A program made the translations under genes and the position numbers. Of a stretch of DNA of 64,000 nt, positions 1 to 10,591 are shown in pieces (within the stretch, counting starts at the first letter, position 1; the number at the start of each line of letters is the position of its first letter). Origin of the DNA: Spizellomyces punctatus DAOM BR117 (lineage: Eukaryota); NCBI GenBank assembly GCA_000182565.2, contig KQ257463.1; one strand, given 5' to 3'. The notes beneath the pieces were generated by a model. The model worked only from the letters and a program-made list of their open reading frames with translations. It was not told where the DNA came from and ran no database searches.

Positions 1-940
1 GCTCATGGGTTCCTGGGTCACGACGGAAAATCTCCCAGTGATATTTTAACAGAGTCCAAAGCGCAGTTGAGGCGATACTCTGATTGTACGATTGTTGAGA
101 ATGTGCGTGTTGTCTCCATCCAAAACTTGACTGCAGAAAAGGGAGCCAGTCCCTCTTTCAACGTTGTTACATCCGATGAAAAAACCTTGCACACCCGCCG
201 CATTATCCTCGCCACAGGCCTCAAGGACAACCTTCCTCCTGTTGAAGGCCTCCAAGAATCCTGGGGCAAATCCGTCTTTCATTGCCCTTACTGCCACGGA
301 TACGAATTCCGCGGCAAGCCCTTGGGACTCCTCTATACCACTCCTATCCAGAGTCATCAAGCTCGCTTGTTACCAGACCTTACAAAGGATATTATCCTCT
401 TTACGGGTGGTGCGATCAATGGTACCGAGTCCGTGTTCCCTGCTGTTCAATTGAGCACTGAAGAGACGGCGTTGTGGGAGAAATTGGGAATAAAATTGGA
501 GCACACGCCAGTGAGCAAATTCGTTCGGGATTCAAATGCCGAGTCCGAACTCTCCTACGTGGAATTATCGGATGGTCGGAAAATTGAGCGAAGGGGAGTA
601 TTACTCCTCCCACCTTTGACCCTGTCTACACCCAATCTCGTCGCTGATCTCGGTTGCGATGTGACACCGAGTCCGTTTGGTGTGGACTTGATTAAAGTTG
701 ACCCGGCGACGCAAGTTACGTCGATTCCGGGCGTTTACGCGGCTGGTGACTCTGTGAGGCCTATGAATGTGTAAGTTTTTCTGTTTGGTCTTCCGGTTTG
801 TGGTGACTTTGGGATTTACTGAAATGGTTGATTCTTGGGATTCTTTAATTTATAGGGCGGTGGCGGTCGCCGATGGATCCATTGCGGGAATCATGTGCCA
901 TCAGTCTTTGGTAGCCGAAGATATCAAGAAAATCCAATAG
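1..940 (+). CDS. Thioredoxin reductase-like (TrxB/GliT-type) FAD-dependent oxidoreductase, 5' truncated
   Basis: Frame is open from base 1 (AHGFLGHDG). Motifs IILATG, WGKSVFHCPYCHGYE and TSIPGVYAAGD. GT-AG intron 771-855, last exon VAVAVADGSIAG, stop 938-940. Confidence 0.9.
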
Positions 941-2759
941 GTAGAATTGCCATCATGCTGGACTACTAGCCAGACGAGATGATACTGGATGCTCAGGTTA
1001 TGTATATACTTGTGACAGTATTATGATATGCCAGTCTAGTAGATGATTGTAGCGCCTTCGCGTACATGTATCAATATTGAAACCAACGATTAGACTAGGA
1101 CTTGCATCATTGATGAGTGCTACCCGCTGCACGCGTCCAAATCGCAAGGCAAACACGGACTGCTGATCAAGAAGCAGAATATTCTACGGAAACCGTCAGT
1201 CAGGTTCCCGGAACAGCACGGTTTTAAAATTCGGCGATTTCGGGGCTTCTATACTTGTACAGTATCTTTGAGCTCAACTCCAAGCTTCACCGACGTGTCA
1301 ACAAGCACATGTAAAGCAATACAGTTTGCAGAAAATGAAATGGTATTCAATATGAGTTTGTTCTTGGGACACGCAAACGATGATGGTCCGCCGATCATAA
1401 CTACATTGTTGCGCGCCTTCCAAATGGCGGCCGAGTATAAAATATGTTATCCAACAAGTATATTACTCTGCCCGATGGCTTCGTGTACAATTCTAGAGAC
1501 ATTCTTAGGGTTGTACACTTCATCGGCACCAGAGTAGCTAGGGTTGATGATATAGGATACTTTCAGTTCTAATCATAATATAATTCTACTGATAATGTTT
1601 ATGGAAACAGGACGTTGTTTTACGCTGGAGGGGGGCCTGTCAACTGACAACTGGCGCTCATTTATGCTCCGGGAAGAAATGGAGTCCACTGAATGTTTGT
1701 GATTGTGAACTGGCCCATTTACGCTATCTGTGACCTGGTACTTGAAGGATATACCAGCGTTAACCCCCACAAACACCAAAGGGGGCATGGAACTTTGAAT
1801 TGTGATTAGTCCAGAAATTTTGCATATCGCAGCATCATGTTATCAGTAATACGAGAAAGGTATTCATCGTTTTCAAAAGTACCATCTCCTTTTCAAAATG
1901 TTGCTGACATTGGAATTGCAGGGTTGGGAAAACCTTGTGTGGAACAGACTGTCATATTTGCTATTTTTAAGCAGGATACCTCCTGAAAGTCCTTTAATTC
2001 TACAGCCCTGAATTACACATTCGTGGGGAACGTTCCGACATCTTTCAAGCGAATATGGATCTTTCCTCACCAAAATAAAATATAAAGCTTTATGTAAAAT
2101 TGTCTTGCATTTAACTCGCCGTATATTCCATTTGTAGCTATTTGGACAAATATCAGGATATAGTAAACGATATACATGTCACAATGACTTACAAAGACTT
2201 GACTCTCGATGCAGAATCTCATTCCGGGAACCCAAAGACAACCGATCACGCAAAGTTGCATGCAAGGCGTCTTTACCATTATAGGCGAGACGTACTGGTG
2301 GCCTAGGTTTTCCTCACCTAACGAGCAGTGATCAGTGATCAGTTAGTTGAGGACACGTAGGAATTTGGTATGGATCTCTGGTAGCTGCTCGCTATGGTCT
2401 TATATCTACTGATTAAGACTTTCAAAATATTTCATTTTTGAGAGGTTTCTTAGAGTACCTTGGTTAAGAATCCCTCCTGCACCTTCCATCTGCCAAACTG
2501 CCTTGCGAATATTGGAGCCTGTATCGTTGAATGCACGATTGTGGATTCAAGTATCTCTTCAACAGCTGTACAAGATTTCGCATGGTAGGAGCTACGATAG
2601 CCGCAGCCTGGCAACTGACAGGGTCAGATAGATCACATCCAATGGCCTGAAGAACGACTTTGTAAAATATTTGCGGGTGATTAAACGATCCGCTCCAAAC
2701 AGGCATAAGAGATGGTAAACTGGACGGACAATTCTCTAACGATGCAAAAATATTTGCGA

Positions 2760-4030
2760 GAAGATATTGCTAAAGTGTCCGTGGTTTGCTGGATTTGCCT
2801 TTGTCCTCGACGAATAGCCGCCCCAATTCAAGGTCCACGTTGATGAATACCTTAGCATATACCTAATCCGCACAAGAAGGGAAGTATAGAGACATTCCGT
2901 GAGTACAGTGATTGCACCAAGTGCAGAGGAAATACATTCAGTTCCTGTAGTTTGTTGATGCTCCGTACTTACAAAAGGATAGATTACCTTGGGACTGGGT
3001 GATGACATTAGCCTGGGAACTCGACTCTTTTAGTTACACGAATGCTGTTATTGCATCCCAGATCTCACCATCATGGGCGCACACCTGTATTTCAGTATAT
3101 GAAAAGCATCAACGGCTCTACGAGTACACTGATGCTGAAATCCTGCCTTACACACTTGCCAGATTTATCAAAGTTATGAAAGTTCAACACAAGTATTCAA
3201 GGCATCTCGTGGACTGTAGATCTTTGTCCACAACGCGGACTTTATGTACGATTCTGGTGAGTTTGGTGGATTCCCGCAGTTAGCACAGTAATTTGTTTTG
3301 GATACTGAACTTTTACTCTGGTGCAGACCAGAAAATCGTCCAAACCAACTAGCATATGTCGTGGCGAAGTATACCGGAGCAAGGGGACCGTAGGTCTCGA
3401 TGTAACTAAAGCGGTAATTACAGAGGCTCCTGCGGGCTATCCCTCAAGTGTATCGCTGAATACATCGCGGAGCTTCGGTGGTGGAGCTCCCATGTAGTGC
3501 CGTGGCGGCCTTTCTACTTGCTTAAATATCACGCCGATAATCCTGGTTTTGGACGAAGTAGAGCGAGCCAGTTATTATACGTGCCAGCGGCACGACTCTA
3601 CTTGGGATGATCGTCATCAACATTGCACTGCTCTTGTGCATTGGAACGCCGACTGCTCAGACATGCACTGCGCTACCATGTATTTTCAAGGTCGGTGTTG
3701 GCCTGGTGTCCTCAAACTTGTTGGCAAAAGCGTGGCGAGTACATATTGTTAGTAGTAAACCCAACGTCCTAGACTTAATGTTGGATACTTTTTATTCTCA
3801 TGCTCTCGACCAAAGGACTCTAACGACCCCGAAAAGGCTGGAGTTATTGTCTGCGATACTCATCTTTTGTCATTTTCAAGCGGGGGCAAGTTGTCCGGTC
3901 ACATTTTTGTTGCATACCTCGATTGATGCAGCTCACAGTCCTTTGGTGTCGCATTAGTGTCTTTTGTTTTGAATTCCTGTTATCCATCATCTTCAGCACA
4001 CCCATGTCGACGATGGTCCCTGCAACATCA
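2760..4030 (+). pseudogene. Degenerate class C GPCR (7tm_3-like) remnant
   Basis: From 3562: SEPVIIRASGTTLLGMIVINIALLLCIGTPTAQTCTALPCIFKVGVGLVSSNLLAKAWRVHIV, which fits the 7tm_3 TM2-TM3 pattern (PVIxAS...G.PT...C...G..L....LLAKxWR). In-frame TAG at 3559-3561. Cys fragment DCTKCRGNTFS near 2910. Boundaries are approximate. Confidence 0.55.
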
Positions 4031-5264
4031 CTCAACGCATCTCTTCAATGAAAGTTTTAAGACGTTATGACTGGAATCAGCATGAGTTCCAATGGTCCAC
4101 TCGTCGCTGTGACCACGATCCTCAGCTACCAAAACTCGCAATGTCTCTTCTCTAGTCAATGAAGCAAAATGAATCGATGTAAATGTCTATTACATAGTGG
4201 CCATTCAGCATTGTTCGTACCATTGGCGTAACAATTCGGTATGTATCCCTGTTTGCAAATAAGCTAAAGTCTCTTTATTAGATTAGAACTGATGCATCGG
4301 AACCCTGCGATAGAGCTTCATTAGCTATTCCTCTACGCTTCGTTCATCGGTATTCTATTCGCTACTGGGGTTAGCGTGCAATTTCCAGGTTTTCCCCACA
4401 TTTCTTTTGGAGCGCCTTGAATCAATCGTTTAGGGTCACTATACGCAGCACGGCTTCGGGCAAGTCCCCTAATACTACAAAAGTCAACCCCACTGCATCA
4501 ATTGAATTTGTGCCTATCTGTCAGCTTTCAAAACCGTCTTTGTGAGGCCATCGCTTCACTCATATCTCGCTGTACAACTGCCAAGTTCCCGGATGCATAT
4601 TTTATGAACTGGTCACCGGACGTTCAGGAGAAACAGCCAATTTCACTGTTCTTAGACCACAAACTGCTATTGTCAACCTGAACCAATACGGTACAACTGA
4701 GGACACGTACACCTCTTTCATGTTCATCACTACGCTGGAATGTCCCATAGAACTCGTCTTGGCTATACATCTTGCAAAAGAGTTGCAGAACGTACGGGCA
4801 ACGTAAATAAACAAAACCAATATCGCAGGTGAAAGCCGCCAAACCGCCAAAACCGGACCCAAAGTAGGGGAGCCAACGTCAATAAGCAAACCCGGCACTT
4901 TGGAAACCAAAAAGTGCCAAGGCCGCAAGTCTAGACCCAACGGGCGCTAAAACATGCTAAAAGCTATGATAGCATCGCAAGAAATCATCATATTTCAGAG
5001 GATCATCAATGGTTAGGGTTGTCTTGCATTTGCAACAAGGGTACAACGTTTATGTGGGTCATTAACATTATGTAGACTTTTTGATTGGAGCCAGCCGATT
5101 TTCATGCTACTCAAAGTCTCGCACGTATTCAATGAACCCAAAACAGATGAAAACAAATTCTAACTACTCGTAATATTCTATGATGATTATAACATGATCA
5201 GGATTTAAATGCATTATGCTATCTGGTACAAAAGTTGTCCGTGATTGATCGTGAAACGATAATA

Positions 5265-6472
5265 CTAATGTTTCCGACCCTTCCTTGGTCCGTTCTCCGC
5301 TTTGTAAACAGAGTTACCTTTGATATCAAAGTATTCCACCTTAAAACCCTTGTCGTTCAAAGTGGCACTGACGAATCCATAAGTGCCACCGACTCCCCAA
5401 CTGGGCGTGGTAAGATTCTTGCTCTCGGGACAAACCTCTTCACTTCTTCCACCTGCACCCGATTGTACGTACATGGTATTTCCCTTCTTGTTCTGACGAA
5501 CGGTGTACTGCAGAGAATGAACGTGGCCGTACATGTAGGCAGTGGGTGCATACTTGTCCAACAACGCCAAAAGGGATGTCATGTTCTTTTCGGCTGTGCA
5601 AGTTCCCAAGGGATGGTGTCCGGATACAATGAGGTAGTCTTTGTCGTCGTACTTTTGGAGCTGCTTTTCAATCTTGGCGAGATGAGCCTCAATGGAGTGA
5701 TGTTGGGCTGTCCAGTTGTGAGCCGCAAAGTTTTCTGCGATTGCTGGGTACTTTTTGTCGCCGTTGTAGCCGTAGTAAAGGAGATCGGTGTCGATGAACA
5801 CGAAACCAGCCTTTTTGCCGTTGCCATAGGGTATCTGGAGCATTAACAGAATTGATGGTCAGCTGGATTTTATACTTGATTCTCTGAGCATCCGATTGCA
5901 TTCCACTGACCTCCATATCCCAGAAAAAGTCATCCATTCTCCACTTGCCTTGGTCCTTGACTTGAGTCCGATCCACAAGTGCCTTTGGTAATCCCGCCCA
6001 ATCGTGATTGCCAGCGACACCGTACCAAGGAATCTCGGCTAGTCTCCCTTTATACACATTTGCCCACCAATCGGTCCATTTGCCGTCCGTTGCAGACTTG
6101 ACTCCTTCATAGTTGTACTGGGCAGCCTTGGATGAGTTGGCATTTGAAGCGTAAAAGTTGTCACCGAGGGCAATCACAAACTGAACATACAAAAATGTCA
6201 ATTCAATCTTGTTCTCAGAATGAAGATATCATGCTGCTGGGAGATATGGGACTGGGATTCGAGCACTCAAATGAAATATCTACCTTTGCGTTGGTTTTCT
6301 CTGCAACTTTCTGCATGGCACGCCCAGTTACATTCTGTTCAGGAACACCTGACCCCCAATCACCGATGACGGTGAATTCCAAGCAGCCCGACTGTCCATT
6401 GCCGGGTTTGCCGCCGAAAGGCAATGCCGCAGCGAGGGGCAACAAGGAGATTAAAGCGGTAGTAAGCTTCAT
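5265..6472 (-). CDS. Secreted purple acid phosphatase / tartrate-resistant acid phosphatase (ACP5-like metallophosphoesterase)
   Basis: Signal peptide MKLTTALISLLPLAAA. Motifs IGDWG, LGDNFY, GNHD, GHHP, GHVH. Introns 6181-6283 and 5835-5910 keep the frame. Confidence 0.93.
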
Positions 6473-7160
6473 AGTGAACGAGGTTGCAGAGTGGATGGGC
6501 CATCTTTTGTCACAGTCCTTTTTAAATTGTTTGTCAAAAGCAAAATGCTGAGGAAAACGGCAGGATCCAACCATGCCAGTGCGTGCATTGTGTGCTCTAC
6601 CCTGACAAAAAGGATACTGCACGTGCAAACTGAACGTCATAAAAATGTTTGTCTTCCATTCAAGCACCCAAAAGAAACAGCACGTTGACAATCCTTCCAA
6701 TCGTAAAATCTAACTTTTCTAAAAACGTGCTTTCGAATGAATGACTAAGCCATTGCTGAATTTAGAACGAGAATGGTAAATTAAATATTTTATTTTCCCA
6801 ATGACGTTTTTTTTCCCACGAGGGACAACAAGCGCGCGCGTTCAGTAGAGTTGGTCAACGTCAGCACGTTGACTGTGGGAGAAACACACCTGCCTCACAC
6901 GATCCCAAAGCCATCCTTGTGGAATCTACCCCTACACGAGGAGCCACAGATGAGCTCTTTCAGCAAAGACTAGACAATGACAAGCATTGTTGGTTTGTCT
7001 ACTACTCCGGTCAATTACGAAAACAATGCAACAGAATCTCACAGAGGATATGCCCGTTGGTCGTTCCCATCACTTTGTTAGGGCGTGTAACTGAACGAGA
7101 TGATGCCTTGTGTGTCTAGTCTTGCGCCGCCATCAACATGCGCGGTATAATTCACACGTA

Positions 7161-7572
7161 CATACGACCATCAACGTAATGTCTGCTCGAACTGTGTCAG
7201 ACGGCACCGTGTGTTGAAATGCTGAGAGCTGAGATTGCATCCACGTTCGGCAAGATTCACAAACACTCATCTCTTTGACATTCTACGAGCATTGGCACCA
7301 GTGGTCGGGGCGGGTTAATATGACTGTGCCACTCGACCGTCGCCTTTGTTATCAGTTCGGACATGTCCGATAGCTGAACGCACTGCCACTTGTGGAGTTG
7401 GGTGCGTACTGTACAGGTAGCGAAATTCCAAGTCTACAGAGACCTACATCCGTCAGTGTGATCTGATCGCGCTGTGTCAGACGGCGACGTGTGCTAAGTT
7501 AAGATGGCGAAAGCAGAGATTGCAATCATGCTCAGCAAGATTCACCAACACTCGCATCTCTTTTGACATTCT
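7161..7572. repeat. Diverged direct duplication, copies about 280 bp apart
   Basis: tgtgtcagacggc...gtgtg...gagattgca...gcaagattcac.aacactc.catctc.tttgacattct is present at about 7193-7284 and 7473-7572. Confidence 0.85.
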
Positions 7573-8580
7573 GACACCACTTCAGCGGACAGTCTCTATT
7601 CTGCCACCGCGTGAGTGCTCCCGCGATGCCGAGTAGATTCAAGCAACCCACCTGATTAGCAGCAGCACCCAGGCGGATGTTGACATGAGAGTATTACGTG
7701 CAGATCCCGCCCTCACCAATGCGGCATGCTCCCAAGTTGGCACAAACATGACAATGAGGCTCGTGCATAAAACCTCTTTTAAACAGTTGCATACAATTGC
7801 GCCGTCCTCAACACAACTCGTAAAACGACAGAGCTCAGGCACATACTATAGTATCCTAAACTCTGCGAGTTTGTGGTGTGGCTTATGGGCGACATGACAT
7901 GCGCAGACATCCGCATTTTGCGTGCGCGGTTCACCATGGACAGGGCGCGCACATGCGCGCCACGCCATGGAAGTTTCGTTCCAGTTCACACACAAGTCGT
8001 ACAGGATTGAGCTCATTTTTACGCAAAGGTATACTCCCCGTGCATACGACATGCATTTCCATCCAGGAATGACGTATCGGCATGGACATGTTATGAACAT
8101 GGGCGAACCACATCTTGCGTCGTCCGTCCGGAAAACACGTAGACGAGTGAGCTCGGTTTCGAGTTTCCTCAGACGGCGTAGCAAGGCGCAGCATTTCATC
8201 CCCATGCCGCAGGAGTAGAGACACGTTCTGAACATGTCGATCACACCAACGGTGGACTGCCCGCATAACTCGTAACATAGTTAAAACTTACCGATGAATA
8301 ACCGTACTTCCCTTGAGAATGCACCCCGCAGAGGGGCCGTCGTGACTATGCACATGGGCGATGGAGTGTGAGCTGCACCATTGACTCCGAAGGTGCTCCA
8401 GCGTCCGAGCACCATGCAATCATTGGGTTCGCCTCCACTATCTTGCTGCGCGTATACCATTCCCTCAAGCTCATCAATGGTCGTCTTCAGGGCAATCATT
8501 GGGTTGGCCTCCACTGTCTAACAATGCCCAGCGCGCTCCCCAATGCAATTGCCATGCGCAACGAACCAGCATTCGACAAT

Positions 8581-8852
8581 GCGCGGGTCGGCCCACCTGC
8601 GGTCTCGCAGAGATGATTCTTGAAGCGTGGGCTCGCCGAGTTCCCTGTCCGGAACCGTCTCTGAGAGACCACTGGTCGGCTGAGTTCCCTGTCCGCAGAG
8701 GCGATTCTTGATGCGCGGGCCGGCCCACCAGCGGTCTCGCAGAGACGATTCTTGAAGCGTGCGTTCCCCTTCCGCAGAGGCGATTCTCTATGCAGAATGA
8801 TTCAGCGTCCAGCCGCAAGTGTCGGCGGGTTCTCACTTGCAGAGACGATTCG
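8581..8852. repeat. GC-rich short-unit repeat array
   Basis: A 49-bp unit is repeated at 8581-8629 and 8713-8761 (period 132). The core gcagag(a/g)(c/t)gattc, or a close variant, recurs about six times. Confidence 0.85.
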
Positions 8853-8909
8853 CAATGCGCTGAACTTACCAAGCGCTCCGAAATCATCCAGTGGCATTCT
8901 TAAAAGAGT

Positions 8910-9285
8910 GAAGCCAGAGACGTACAGTGCCGGGTGGCATGCGTTGCGCAGCGACGGAGAGGACTTGATGATCTTGAAAGACGATGAGCATCTTGGTGAT
9001 CTTGTCATGCGCTGCACTCCGACCACACTGAACCGGCGTCCAGTGGAACAGCTCGGAAAAGCGAAGCCGGAGACGAACAGTGCCCGGTGGGTATGTGCTG
9101 CGCAGAGACGGCGAGGTCTTGACGATCTTGAAAGACGTCCAGCGTCTTGGTGATCTTGTTGGTGATCTTGTCATGCGCTGCACTCCCACACGCACTGAAC
9201 CGGCGCCCAGTGGAACAACTCGTAAACGAGAAGCCAGAGACGAACAGTGCCCGGTGGGTATGTGCTGCGCAGAGAGGAGGCGAGA
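8910..9285. repeat. Tandem repeat, about 2.3 copies of a 153-168 bp unit
   Basis: Units begin gaagcc(a/g)gagacg(t/a)acagtgcc at 8910, 9063 and 9230. The first two share gatcttgaaagacg...tcttggtgatcttgtcatgcgctgcactcc...ctgaaccggcg.ccagtggaaca. Confidence 0.9.
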
Positions 9286-10591
9286 TGCGTGCATCTCTCT
9301 TGGCCGACAGTGAGTGTGCTAGAGAATCGTGTGGTCCTGGGTTACGTCAAAGAGGTGCAGGACCACACGAAAGTGGAATGAGTGGAACTGTTGCATAGAC
9401 GATACGGGGCGGAAAGGTATGCGAGCGACTTACTTGTAGACGACTCGGGAAGATGGGTAGAGGAGAAAGATGGGTGGAAGGGAAATGGGGAAAACGCGCT
9501 CTTTAAGTACCCGGAGTTGAACGCGACTTTACATAAAGTATTGCCATTTTGGGGCATATCAAGTATACGTTGTTTTTGTACAACATGCCATATAAGGGTA
9601 AATGGACTTTGGTAATCAGCTGCACTGCGATATGCTACTGAAGGAGGACATTACATCCCGACAAGCAGGTAAAGTATTCTCGGGCTGAGGTTCAATGCTT
9701 GCGTGTATGCTTGTTGATATCTGGGACATGCTCCTGGTGCATTTTCTGGTTGAAAGAACTTCCCCCCGAGTTTACACACTCTCCCGCTAGCGGCCGAACC
9801 CCATAATGGCTTTGAGGAATCCGGCCCCATATCTTTCCAATACTTTGATGATGTCGCTTATTGCCACATGAGCAAGAATCACACCAGGATTTATAAGGCT
9901 GAGCGGGTGCTGTTGGAGGTGCCATTGCCTGCAGTCGCTTAAGTAGGACTATAGTTGGTCTATTTTGTCCGCACGGCCAACTGTGCACATCTTACCCAAC
10001 GGTAGCAGGGTGTACCTGCATAGAAAGTGAAGATTTTGTAGAGCGTGTCTGGGATCCGCGAATTCACTTCACCAGTCGGGGCATATTTATATCGCTTACA
10101 CCTGGGGCCGTCATATGTGTGTTACGTCTTCTGAAACTGGATAGCCATGATAAGAGATCCGCCATGTTCAGGTACCGTCCACGCATGCCCAAAAGCAATA
10201 ATATGAGGATAGCTTACTCTTTGCAAAACGTGAGACGCAAAGTTGAGAGAAATGATTGACAATTGCACACGAGTGTTACAACTAGTATCGAGTTTATCAT
10301 CGGACAAGTGTTTCTGCTGTGTTCCCGCTATCTTTCCGATGAAATGGTCGATACTAGTTGTAGATCTCTTTATTTCAACCAATCTTGCAATTCAAGACCT
10401 CTGTTATGTCCACTTCCAAGCCTTGCGAATATATACACATTTAAATGAAGCAATCTAGTTTTGTTAGCGGGATCACCAATATCCTATGTGATCGTTTGAT
10501 ACGTCATTGCACACAAGTTTTAGTCCTGCTCCCTACAGCTGTTACGACTCCTAGGATGAAAAGCTGTCCGTCGTCATAACAGGGATGTTCA

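Noticed and set aside
8581..9285. Repeat arrays as a CRISPR-like locus
   Set aside because: Repeats are degenerate and irregularly spaced, inter-repeat sequences are themselves related, there are no cas genes, and the context is eukaryotic.
9380..10500. Scattered 60-100 aa ORFs
   Set aside because: No motifs or consistent splice structure; treated as intergenic or decayed sequence.
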